A stretch of DNA of 64,000 nucleotides. Source: an uncultured Desulfohalobiaceae bacterium (GTDB taxonomy: Bacteria; Desulfobacterota; Desulfovibrionia; Desulfovibrionales; Desulfothermaceae). Where the stretch lies: positions 520-64,519 of the forward strand of contig CAZBUB010000008.1 of assembly GCA_964494985.1 (NCBI GenBank). The letters run 5' to 3'. The position numbers were made by a program, and so were the translations under genes. Shown here in pieces: positions 21,516 to 30,221 of this stretch. Every line of letters begins with the position of its first letter. Position 1 is the first letter of the stretch. The notes below the pieces were generated by a model. The model made no database searches, had not been told where the DNA came from, and worked only from the letters and a program-made list of their open reading frames with translations.

Positions 21516-21682
21516 AGCTTTTACTCCTAAAAGGTTTGGGGTATACTGGAAAAAAAGGTGCTTCGGGCTTTGGCTTTTTGTTGAAAATAGTTGTCAGTTT
21601 TCCATATAAACAGGTATGTTATTGCTTTTCCATGCTTTATTGTCCAAGCATATTACAGGCATGATGGTTATCAGTCGAAAGA

Positions 21683-22168
21683 TCAGTAGCCTTTAGATTT
21701 CTTTATCCTCTTGATCAGATCTGAGCTGGAATAGCCAGGTATCAGGGGTAGGCTCAAGACTAGGCCATTTTGTTCCTCCACTATTTCCCTGCCCACTATT
21801 GCCTGCTTTGGCCAGTCCCCGCCCTTGATCAGGACGTGAGGCAGTACTGCCTGGATGAGAGCCAATGGAGTATCCTGCTCAAAGATGAGCACAAAATCCA
21901 CACACTCCAACGCTGAAAGGAGCCGGGCTCTGTCCATCTCAGTCATGATGGGTCTGGGCCAGCCCTTTAGCCTTTGCACTGAGTTGTCGCTGTTAAGCCC
22001 CACCATCAGCTTGTCCCCATAGGACTTGGCCCTTTGCAAAAGGTCGACATGTCCGGGGTGTAGCAGGTCAAAGCAGCCGTTGGTAAAGACTAGCCTTTGC
22101 CCCTCAAGCAGTCTGGCTCTGGTCTGCAAAAAGTCCTGCAGGCGCATTATCTTTTCTTGACTTTGCAT
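21683..22168 (-). CDS. D-beta-D-heptose 1-phosphate adenylyltransferase (RfaE/HldE domain II, stand-alone)
   Basis: 161 aa; ..FTNGCFDLLHPGHVDLLQRAK..GLNSDNSV.. is a cytidylyltransferase-like HxGH motif. Confidence 0.85.
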   Translation of the reverse strand: MQSQEKIMRLQDFLQTRARLLEGQRLVFTNGCFDLLHPGHVDLLQRAKSYGDKLMVGLNSDNSVQRLKGWPRPIMTEMDRARLLSALECVDFVLIFEQDTPLALIQAVLPHVLIKGGDWPKQAIVGREIVEEQNGLVLSLPLIPGYSSSDLIKRIKKSKGY

Positions 22169-22177
22169 ACAGAAGGC

Positions 22178-22876
22178 TCACTCCCCCAACCTGAATTCTC
22201 CGTTAGAGAGCTGGGTGAGTCTTGTCTGGTTTTGGATCAAGATGTTTTTTTTCCGTATTTCCACAAGACCTTCTTTGGCCAGCCTGTTAAAGGTCCGGGA
22301 GAGGGTTTCCTGGGAGGTCCCCAAAATTTTGGCCAGCGTGCCTTTAGATACATCCAGGCTGAGGCTGTGCTCCTGGGCATCATTATCTTGCAGGCCTTGC
22401 AGGTGCAGAAGGTATGCCGCTAGCCTTTGCGGGATTTCCTTTAAGGCTAAATCTTCAATAAGCCTGGTGAAGTCCCGCAGCCTCCTGGAGAGGACTGCCA
22501 GCATGTTCATACTCAAGGAAGGATCCTGGGTGATTAGCCTAAGCAGGTCCTGCCTGGCCAAGAAGAGCATTGTGCTCTGCTGCATAGCCTGGGCATTGGC
22601 CGGGAACTTTTCTCCTGCAAAAACCGGGACCTCCCCAAAGGGTTCACCTGGGCCAAATAGATGCAGGATCTGCTCTTTTCCTTCCAGGGAGAGCTTAAAT
22701 ATCTTTACCCTACCCTGCAATAGGATATAAAATCCTACTGCGGTCTGCCCTTCTTGAAAAATGATTTCCGCGGACTGAAATGTCTTAGTTTTGGCTATCC
22801 TGGCCAGCTTTTGCAGTTGAGGCTTTGGAAGACCGGCAAATAAAGGGATTTGGGCCAGTCCCTGTTGCATAATCAT
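22178..22876 (-). CDS. Crp/Fnr-family transcriptional regulator
   Basis: 232 aa with a cNMP-binding beta-barrel region plus a C-terminal HTH (..LAKILGTSQETLSRTFNRL..). Confidence 0.88.
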   Translation of the reverse strand: MIMQQGLAQIPLFAGLPKPQLQKLARIAKTKTFQSAEIIFQEGQTAVGFYILLQGRVKIFKLSLEGKEQILHLFGPGEPFGEVPVFAGEKFPANAQAMQQSTMLFLARQDLLRLITQDPSLSMNMLAVLSRRLRDFTRLIEDLALKEIPQRLAAYLLHLQGLQDNDAQEHSLSLDVSKGTLAKILGTSQETLSRTFNRLAKEGLVEIRKKNILIQNQTRLTQLSNGEFRLGE

Positions 22877-22882
22877 GGGATC

Positions 22883-24529
22883 CTAGTAAGCTGCCTCGGT
22901 TACTGCAGTCAAAGTGGCGGGCAGTCTCTGCAGCACAACCTGGATCAGATCTTGCAAGTGCTCCTGTTGCAGGGCAGAGATAGGCACCGCATTGGGGTAC
23001 TCGTTGCGCAAAGACTGCCTGCGCCAGCTGTCTAGGCTGTCCCACTTGTTCAAGGCCAAAACTTCTGGAATATGCCCCAGGTCCATATCCTGGATGATAT
23101 CCTGGACAGCCTGAATCTGGAGCTGGACTTCGGGATGGCTGGCGTCAGCCACATGCAAGAGAACATCAGCATAGGAAAGCTCTTCCAAGGTAGCCCTGAA
23201 AGCCTCCTTGAGGTTTTCCGGCAAAAAGCGGATAAAGCCCACAGTGTCCGTAAAAATGGCTTGCTGCTCCGGTCCCAGGCTGAGCTTTCTGCTCGTGGGG
23301 TCCAGGGTGGCAAATAGCTTGTCCGCAGTTTGTACTCTGCTTTTGGTCAACACATTAAGCAGAGTGGACTTCCCAGCATTAGTATAGCCCACTAAGGCCA
23401 CAATAGGCAAGCCGGCCTGATTCCGTCTGCGCCGGGTGGCATCCCTTTGGGAGCGCACCTTGTGTAATTCCTTGCTGATTTTGGTCTTACGTTCCCTGAT
23501 TCTTCGTCTGTCCATCTCCAGTTTAGTCTCTCCAGGTCCTCTGCCACCGATGCCTCCAGCAAGCCTGCTCAAAACACGATTTTTACCTACAAGCCTGGGC
23601 AGGGTGTATTCCAACTGGGCCAGCTCCACCTGGAGCTTCCCCGCACTGCTGCTGGCATGCTGGGCAAAGATGTCCAGGATAACCTGGGTGCGATCCAGGA
23701 TTTTTCGCTCAGTTATTGAGGCTAGATTGCGCATCTGTGCAGGAGTCAGCTCCTGATTAAAGACCAGGATAGAGGCCCCGGTCTGCAAAGCCTGGACCTC
23801 AAGCTCGGCCAGTTTCCCTTTGCCCAGAATGTGTTTAGGGTTAAGGGCCTTGACCCTTTGGATCAGGCAGTCCGAAACTTGAAGTCCGGCTGTCTGCGCA
23901 AGGGCCTCTAATTCTTGCAGGGAGTTGGCTTGGGTTTTTTTGGATTCTAGCCCCACACTGATTAAAAGGGCTTTTTCCTGATCAGGGAGATCGTCAAGCT
24001 TGAGAGTATTGCGGGAGAATTCCTCCTCCAGGGATTGGGCTTGAGCAATGAAGTCCACATCAGAAAGTTCCCAGGCTTGCACTTCAGAGACAGAATACAT
24101 TGCCTGTCTAGGATTGGAAGGCAATAGGTGGGCCCATTGAAAGCTCACTGGAGAGCCTTCAGGAGTCACGTTGAGAACAGCCACAGAATCAAGGCGCAAA
24201 AAGACCATATCCATAAGGTCTTCATTACTTAGTCTGTCAGAACCCAGGTGGGTGTGCAACAAGCGCAGGCCTCGCAATCTGCCTGGGCTTTGCCTTTGTC
24301 TGCCCAGCTCGGGGATGACTATTCTGTCCGCATCTCCCACAATAACCATTACTGGTCTGCCTTGTCGGTTAATTAAAAGACCGAGCTGACGTCCTATATC
24401 CGCACTCAGGCTCGCTAATTCCCAAGCTTGTTCCTTGCTATATCCACCTTGGCCTGGGAGCCTCCTGCGGTACAGGTGGTTTAAGGCCTTGACTTGGCTG
24501 GGTTTAAGACCAGTTGTGTTTCCCCAAAT
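22883..24529 (-). CDS. hflX: GTPase HflX, long form; start codon uncertain and non-canonical
   Basis: G-domain motifs (GYTNAGKSTLLN, DTVGF, NKWD). The ORF track starts at ATG 24349, but the frame stays open to 24619. The upstream translation (..WGNTTGLKPSQVKALNHLYRRRLP..IGRQLGLLINRQGRPVMVIVGD) looks like the N-terminal extension of long HflX proteins. The end coordinate given assumes the ATT at 24529-24527 is the start. Confidence 0.8.
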   Translation of the reverse strand: MWGNTTGLKPSQVKALNHLYRRRLPGQGGYSKEQAWELASLSADIGRQLGLLINRQGRPVMVIVGDADRIVIPELGRQRQSPGRLRGLRLLHTHLGSDRLSNEDLMDMVFLRLDSVAVLNVTPEGSPVSFQWAHLLPSNPRQAMYSVSEVQAWELSDVDFIAQAQSLEEEFSRNTLKLDDLPDQEKALLISVGLESKKTQANSLQELEALAQTAGLQVSDCLIQRVKALNPKHILGKGKLAELEVQALQTGASILVFNQELTPAQMRNLASITERKILDRTQVILDIFAQHASSSAGKLQVELAQLEYTLPRLVGKNRVLSRLAGGIGGRGPGETKLEMDRRRIRERKTKISKELHKVRSQRDATRRRRNQAGLPIVALVGYTNAGKSTLLNVLTKSRVQTADKLFATLDPTSRKLSLGPEQQAIFTDTVGFIRFLPENLKEAFRATLEELSYADVLLHVADASHPEVQLQIQAVQDIIQDMDLGHIPEVLALNKWDSLDSWRRQSLRNEYPNAVPISALQQEHLQDLIQVVLQRLPATLTAVTEAAY

Positions 24530-24612
24530 CTTTCCTGCTATAGTGCCCCTTCCTTGTTTATTTTTTTCTCCTGGCTTGCAGGGGGATGTCTCCCTTGGTT
24601 CCAGATAACTGT

Positions 24613-25203
24613 TTAGCCCTTAAGGGCTGAGGCCACCATTTTGTCGTAATCTGAGATAAGGCCAAAGGTATATGCAGCCATTTCTTGCCTGAACTTTAAG
24701 CTGACCTGATTTTGGTGCTGGCTGAGCTCCTCTATGAATTTGGAATAAAACTTAGGGGAGGGGAGCACAGCTACAGAGTGGAAGTTCTTGGCCCCAGCCC
24801 TGAGCAGAGTAGGTCCGCCAATGTCAATCTCTTCGATCAGCTCTGAGAGTTCCAGGTTTTTCTGTAGGGCTTGAGCGAAGTCATAAAGATTTACGCAAAT
24901 CAGATCAAAGGGCCTGATTCCAGTCTCTTGCAGAGTTCTGATGTGTTCCGGGTTGTCTTTGTCGGCAAGGACACCAGCGTGGATGTTTGGATGCAGGGTT
25001 TTGACCCTGCCCCCCATAATTTCAGGGAAGCCGGTGACGTCGCGAACAGAGGTCACTGCAAAACCCAGGTCCTGTATGGCTCGCAAAGTTCCACCTGTGG
25101 AAACGATTTCAGCTTTAGCCTGCTGTAGACAGGCAGCAAGCTCCTGCAAGGAGCTTTTGTCTGTGACACTGATCAAGGCCCTATGGATAGGCAAAAGTTG
25201 CAT
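24613..25203 (-). CDS. IMP cyclohydrolase (PurH N-terminal MGS-like domain only)
   Basis: 196 aa. It aligns by eye to residues ~1-199 of bifunctional PurH (..RALISVTDKS.., ..GGRVKTLHP.IHAG.., ..IDIGGPTLLRAGAKN..). No AICAR formyltransferase domain follows. Confidence 0.85.
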   Translation of the reverse strand: MQLLPIHRALISVTDKSSLQELAACLQQAKAEIVSTGGTLRAIQDLGFAVTSVRDVTGFPEIMGGRVKTLHPNIHAGVLADKDNPEHIRTLQETGIRPFDLICVNLYDFAQALQKNLELSELIEEIDIGGPTLLRAGAKNFHSVAVLPSPKFYSKFIEELSQHQNQVSLKFRQEMAAYTFGLISDYDKMVASALKG

Positions 25204-25520
25204 AGCTCATCCTTATCGCTTCATTTTTTCAAACCTGTATGTACAAGAATAATAAATATATGGGCTCAAGACAAGACTTTTGTCAAGTTTAGCTACAGAT
25301 TTGTTGTATCGGGTGAAAAGATGGGCAGGATATTTCTTAATTGGCCTGCAGCGCCATGGAAAAGAGCCCAGGAGAAGCTTGAAAACAGGAGCTGCCTGGG
25401 TATCTGAGACTTAGAAAAACCCAGCAAACACGTTTCATAAGAAGATTTAAGGCGTTGTACGTTCGCAAATTTTCTTCAAAGGCTCCAGGATTGCTTCTGT
25501 TTTTCTAAGCAAGGCTGCTT

Positions 25521-25588
25521 GCCCTTGTTGACTTGGTGCTCAAGGGCTGACCTGGTATCCAGGTTTGGATCCTCAAGCAGGCTTGAGG
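25521..25588 (+). promoter_or_regulatory. Three inverted repeats upstream of the flgB sigma54 promoter (candidate enhancer/UAS)
   Basis: The repeats are GCCCTTG..CAAGGGC (25521-25547), CCTGG-TAT-CCAGG (25551-25563) and CCTCAAGC-AG-GCTTGAGG (25571-25588). A regulatory function is inferred only. Confidence 0.3.
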
Positions 25589-25596
25589 TCCTGGTA

Positions 25597-25612
25597 TGGA
25601 ACATTATTTGCT
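25597..25612 (+). promoter_or_regulatory. sigma54 (RpoN) -24/-12 promoter for the flgB operon
   Basis: TGGAAC-ATTAT-TTGCT matches the consensus TGGCAC-N5-TTGCW with correct GG/GC spacing. It lies 54 nt upstream of the flgB ATG. Confidence 0.7.
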
Positions 25613-25665
25613 AGTTAGATAGAGCAACAGGCAAACTATTCTCATTCAATACAGGAGGAAAGTCC

Positions 25666-26076
25666 ATGAAATCAATTTTTTCAGATTATATTCACGTAGC
25701 TTCCCGGGGTATGGATTTACGTCTGGAGCGTCAGAATGTTGTCGCCGGAAATCTGGCGAATATAAGCAATCCAGAATATCAGCCCCGCAGATTGGAGTTT
25801 GAGCAGGAAATGCAGGCGGCCCTAGAAATGCAGGATAAAGGCAGAGTTAGCAAGACCTCGCCAGAGCATATGCCTGCAGGATTTAACTCTGAGGGGATTC
25901 AAGGTTCCCTGTCTCAAGAGCCCAGGTTTAGGGTGATTCAAGGTCAGGACGGAGTGGATCTAGACCAAGAGATGGCTGTTCAGAACAAGAATACTCTGCA
26001 GTACAATACCTTGGCCCTGATCCTGCAAAAGAGCTTTACTGGACTGCAGGATCTCATAGACAAAGGAGGTCAATAG
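25666..26076 (+). CDS. flgB: flagellar basal-body rod protein FlgB
   Basis: 136 aa; ..RQNVVAGNLANISNPEY.. is the rod-protein N-terminal motif, and flgC follows. Confidence 0.92.
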   Translation: MKSIFSDYIHVASRGMDLRLERQNVVAGNLANISNPEYQPRRLEFEQEMQAALEMQDKGRVSKTSPEHMPAGFNSEGIQGSLSQEPRFRVIQGQDGVDLDQEMAVQNKNTLQYNTLALILQKSFTGLQDLIDKGGQ

Positions 26077-26078
26077 TC

Positions 26079-26516
26079 ATGGATTTTATGACAGCTATGG
26101 ATGTTGCTGCTTCAGGGCTTAGCGCAGAGCGCAAGCACATGAATATCATCTCCATGAACCTGGCTAATATTCAAACTACCAGGACCCAGGATGGTACTCC
26201 CTATCAACGCAAGCAGGCTATATTCCGTTCAGCCCCTGTCAAGTGGCCCTTTGATGATATTATGAGCTCCGAGCTAAGGCGGGAGGTCAAAGGGGTCAAG
26301 CTAGCAAGGGTGGAGAATGACAACAGGCCCTACAAGGAAATTTATGATCCTGAGCATCCTGACGCTAACGATGAGGGATATGTGCAGATGCCAGACATTA
26401 ATGTAGTGGAAGAAATGGCCAATATGTTGACAGCGGCCAGGGTTTACGAGGCTAATCTCTCCAGCATTTCTACAATTAAGAACATGTTGAACCAAGCACT
26501 GCAGATTGGTAGATAA
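26079..26516 (+). CDS. flgC: flagellar basal-body rod protein FlgC
   Basis: 145 aa; ..MNIISMNLANIQTTRT.. and ..VEEMANMLTAARVYEAN.. fit FlgC. Confidence 0.95.
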   Translation: MDFMTAMDVAASGLSAERKHMNIISMNLANIQTTRTQDGTPYQRKQAIFRSAPVKWPFDDIMSSELRREVKGVKLARVENDNRPYKEIYDPEHPDANDEGYVQMPDINVVEEMANMLTAARVYEANLSSISTIKNMLNQALQIGR

Positions 26517-26537
26517 AAGGATTTTGAAGGAGGCTCT

Positions 26538-26864
26538 ATGTCAATTTCCAAAGCAGCTATGCAGGCCTACTCTGATGCGATTAAATCTGGGCAGCCAGAG
26601 AAACAGGGAAAATTTGCACAGCAAACTGGTCAGATTCAAAAACAACAAAGCTTTGAGCAGACTGTAAAAGAATCATTGACTAAGGTTAATGAGCTACAAC
26701 ACAATAAGTCCCAATTGATAAATGAGTTTGCCGCAGGCAAGAATCAAAACGTCCATGAGCTGATGATAGCTATGCAAAAGGCCAGTACAGCCATGAAAAT
26801 GACTACAGCAGTGAGAGGCAAAGTATTAGAGGCCTACAAGGAAATTATGAAAATGCCGGTTTAG
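26538..26864 (+). CDS. fliE: flagellar hook-basal body complex protein FliE
   Basis: 108 aa; ..VHELMIAMQKASTAMKMTTAVRGKVLEAYKEIMKM is the FliE C-terminus. Confidence 0.9.
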   Translation: MSISKAAMQAYSDAIKSGQPEKQGKFAQQTGQIQKQQSFEQTVKESLTKVNELQHNKSQLINEFAAGKNQNVHELMIAMQKASTAMKMTTAVRGKVLEAYKEIMKMPV

Positions 26865-26917
26865 ATAGCTTTAGAGCTTGATCCTGTAAAGCTAGCTGTA
26901 AGTAAAGGGTATTTGCC

Positions 26918-28519
26918 ATGCGCCAATTCTGGGAGAGACTGCAAGCCAAGCTTCAAGAGTTGTGGACCAAGAGCACTGTGCCTCAAAGGATACTGTTAGG
27001 AGGTGTCCTGGGCAGTCTTTTGTTGGTCTTTGTATTGTTATTGTACTGGCTGAATCGACCTCAGTTTGAAATTTTGTATGCTGATCTCTCCCAGGACGAC
27101 GCCTCTCAAGTAGTGGAGGAGTTGAAGGAGCAGGGGGTTAGCTACAAGCTGGAGAACCAGGGCAAGACAATTCTGGTTCCAGCGGAGCAAGTTTCTGAGC
27201 TGAGGCTTGATGTGGCAGGCAAGGATCTGATGCAAGACTCGGGGCCTGGGTTGGAGCTTTTCCAAGAGACTCAGATTGGTCAGACCGATTTTGTGCAGGA
27301 AGTCAATTATCAAAGGGCTCTGCAAGGGGAGCTTTCCAGGACCATCTCCGGTATGCCAGAGATTCAGAGAGCCAGGGTGCATTTGGTGTTGCCGGAAAAG
27401 AGCCTGTTTATTGAGGAGCAAACACCTGCATCTGCCTCGGTTATGCTCAGGCTCAAATCAGGCCGGGAGCTGGACGAGAATCAGATCCAAGGTATTGTCA
27501 ATCTCGTGGCCACTGCTGTTGAAGGGCTGGATAAGGAGAATATTACAGTGGCCGACTCTTCAGGGAATCTGCTCTCCCAGCCTGCAGACGAAGACTCTGT
27601 GCAGGGCTTGACTAACAGCCAGTTAGAGTACAAAACTAAACTGGAAAACGTTCTGCAGCAAAGGATAGAGAGAATGCTGGGCCCGGTCATAGGCCAGGGC
27701 AAGGTTATGGCCAGGGTCAATGCAGAGGTTGATTTCAGCAAGAGGGAAGTATTCCAGGAGAACTTTGATCCTGATAGCCAAGTGGTGCGCAGTGAACAAA
27801 AGACCAGGGAGCAGTCCACGGGCTCTGCTGATGCAGATGAAGAAACTGAAGCAGGTCCGGAGTATCAAGGAGAGGAGCAGGGCGGGACCAGAACTACACA
27901 AGAGTCTTCCAGGACGCAGAGCACCACGAACTTTGAGATTGACAAGGAAGAGACTAGAACATCAGTACCCCAGGGCCAGCTGGATCGGCTTAGCGCAGCA
28001 GTGGTGGTGGATGGAAGCTATGAGACCGGTGAGGAGGGACAAAGCGTTTTCGTGCCTAAAAGCCAGGAGGAACTGGACCAGATCGAGTCCTTGGCCCAAA
28101 ACGCTATAGGTTTTGACTCTGAAAGAGGAGATAGTATAGAGGTTACCTCTATGGCTTTTGGCAAGCCAGAAGCCATTCCTGAACCAGGGCTTTGGGATAA
28201 CGTGCTGGAGTATGCCCAAGGCTTCTGGAAGCCCTTTCTGAACGCTTTAATCATTCTCCTTTTCCTGCTGATGGTCGTCAGGCCAGTGGTTTTGGCCATT
28301 ATCAGGCCCAAGGTATCCGAAGAGGAGGGCGCAGAGGTGGCAGGATTGCCTGGCAGGGAAGAGGCTGAGGCCTTGGAGTCTGAGGAAGAGCTGTCAGCCA
28401 GAGAGGCCAAAAAGCAGTTTGATGATCTCAAATTCCAAGCCATGGAGATAGTTGATAAAAATAAAGAAGAGGCCATGCATATAGTCAGACAATGGATGTA
28501 TCAGGAGGTCAAAGGCTAA
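26918..28519 (+). CDS. fliF: flagellar M-ring protein FliF
   Basis: 533 aa with an N-terminal TM segment, a YscJ/FliF domain, an acidic linker, a second TM segment and a C-terminal FliG-binding tail. Confidence 0.93.
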   Translation: MRQFWERLQAKLQELWTKSTVPQRILLGGVLGSLLLVFVLLLYWLNRPQFEILYADLSQDDASQVVEELKEQGVSYKLENQGKTILVPAEQVSELRLDVAGKDLMQDSGPGLELFQETQIGQTDFVQEVNYQRALQGELSRTISGMPEIQRARVHLVLPEKSLFIEEQTPASASVMLRLKSGRELDENQIQGIVNLVATAVEGLDKENITVADSSGNLLSQPADEDSVQGLTNSQLEYKTKLENVLQQRIERMLGPVIGQGKVMARVNAEVDFSKREVFQENFDPDSQVVRSEQKTREQSTGSADADEETEAGPEYQGEEQGGTRTTQESSRTQSTTNFEIDKEETRTSVPQGQLDRLSAAVVVDGSYETGEEGQSVFVPKSQEELDQIESLAQNAIGFDSERGDSIEVTSMAFGKPEAIPEPGLWDNVLEYAQGFWKPFLNALIILLFLLMVVRPVVLAIIRPKVSEEEGAEVAGLPGREEAEALESEEELSAREAKKQFDDLKFQAMEIVDKNKEEAMHIVRQWMYQEVKG

Positions 28520-29521
28520 TTGGCTGACAAGCTATCAGGCACCCAAAAAATTGCTGTTTTGCTTTTGGCTTTGGGAGAGAACTATGCCTCTCAAATTTTT
28601 CAAGAAATGGAACAGCAAGAGATAGTCCAAGTCAGTAAGGCTATGGCTGAGCTGGATACTGTCCCCCAGGAAACCATTGAGTCAGTGTTACAAGAGTTCA
28701 CCTCTAACTATCACTACGGCCAAAAAACCCTTTTTGGCGGCCCATCCCAAATGCGGAAGATTTTATCCAAGAGCCTGGATCAGGAAGCGGTTGAAGGTGT
28801 GATAAACTCCTTGGAATATAATTTTGGGCCAGCACCTTTTAAGGATTTGGAGAATTTTAGCCCTAACTTGATGGCACAGCTTTTATCCAGCGAGCATCCC
28901 CAGACCCTGGCTCTGATTTTAGGCCATCTTAGTCCAGGTAAGGCAGCGGAGCTGATTCAGCTTTTACCCTCTGGGGTTCGAGCTGAAGTAATGATGCGCT
29001 TGGCCAAATTAGAGTCTGTACCTTTAGATATGCTTTATGAGGTGGACAATGTGTTACAAGAGCAGCTCAAAGCTATGGGCGGTGAGGGACAGAAGGTGGG
29101 CGGAGTACAGTCAGTGGCCGAGATTTTGAATGCAGTGGATCGCAGCACTGAAGAGGAAGTGCTCTCGGATATCGAGGAGGAGTCTGCCCAAATGGCAGAG
29201 GATATCCGGGAGCTGATGTTTGTATTTGAGGATATTAAAGATATTGATGATAGGGCTGTGCGGGAGCTGCTCAAAGAGATAAGTAATGATGATCTCACCT
29301 TGGCTTTGAAAGGGGCTTCTGAAGATCTGCAGCAGAAATTTTTTCAGAATCTTTCAGAACGGGCTGCTGGCATGATTCAGGAAGATTTGGAGATTATGGG
29401 GCCAGTACGATTGTCAGACGTGGAAAATGCGCAAAGGGGTATTGTGCGGGAGGTTAGGCGCCTGGAGGCAGAAGGCAGGATCGTTTTAGCGGGCAAGGGA
29501 GGAGAAGATGTCCTGGTCTAA
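28520..29521 (+). CDS. fliG: flagellar motor switch protein FliG
   Basis: 333 aa with a TTG start; ..LSGTQKIAVLLLALGE.. and the C-terminal torque-helix region fit FliG. Confidence 0.94.
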   Translation: MADKLSGTQKIAVLLLALGENYASQIFQEMEQQEIVQVSKAMAELDTVPQETIESVLQEFTSNYHYGQKTLFGGPSQMRKILSKSLDQEAVEGVINSLEYNFGPAPFKDLENFSPNLMAQLLSSEHPQTLALILGHLSPGKAAELIQLLPSGVRAEVMMRLAKLESVPLDMLYEVDNVLQEQLKAMGGEGQKVGGVQSVAEILNAVDRSTEEEVLSDIEEESAQMAEDIRELMFVFEDIKDIDDRAVRELLKEISNDDLTLALKGASEDLQQKFFQNLSERAAGMIQEDLEIMGPVRLSDVENAQRGIVREVRRLEAEGRIVLAGKGGEDVLV

Positions 29522-30206
29522 GCAGGGGCGCCTGTTTGTCGGTCAGCGAGTGACCTCTTTGCAGGAGCAGGTCCAGGAATTGAACCTGGAAAGCAGCAAG
29601 GAAGATCAGCAAGAGTACCTCTCCCGGGTGCGGAACAGGGCCAGGGAGGAAGCCAGGCAGATTTTGGCCCGTAGCAGACAGGAAGCCGAGATTCTCCGCT
29701 CTGAAGCCTATCAGCAAGCCCTCCAGGAGGCCAGAAACGAGGCAAAGCAGGATCTAGCCCAGGAACGGCAGAAACTCCATGAAAAATTCCAGGCAGTTTT
29801 GGATTCCTTGCAGCAGGAAAAACAAAAGCTTTGGGCAAGACATCAGGAGGACATTTTGCAGCTTTTGGATCTGGCCCTGGAAAAATGTGTCAATGTTTCT
29901 TTGCAGGAAAACAGAAAAGTGATCCTGCAAAGTCTGTTGCAGGAGAGCCTGCAGCTATTGGAGAACCAACAGGAGGTCCTGCTCAGGGTGCATCCTGAAG
30001 ACCAAGACCTGGTTCAGGAACTGGTGCAGGAGGCTCAGAAAAAGTATCCGGCCCTTTCCGGTTGGAGGGTGGAAAAGGCTCAGAATCTGGATCCCGGAAG
30101 CCTGGTTCTGGAAAATCGGGAGAGCAAGATCGAAAATTCTGTTTCCAAAAGATGGTCTGCCGTGCGGCATATTTTGGAGCAGCTGACCTTTAACGGCAAG
30201 GAATAG
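29508..30206 (+). CDS. fliH: flagellar assembly protein FliH
   Basis: 232 aa, E/Q/R-rich coiled coil. It sits between fliG and fliI and overlaps fliG. Confidence 0.8.
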   Translation: MSWSKQGRLFVGQRVTSLQEQVQELNLESSKEDQQEYLSRVRNRAREEARQILARSRQEAEILRSEAYQQALQEARNEAKQDLAQERQKLHEKFQAVLDSLQQEKQKLWARHQEDILQLLDLALEKCVNVSLQENRKVILQSLLQESLQLLENQQEVLLRVHPEDQDLVQELVQEAQKKYPALSGWRVEKAQNLDPGSLVLENRESKIENSVSKRWSAVRHILEQLTFNGKE

Positions 30207-30221
30207 TAGCCAGGTAAGTGC

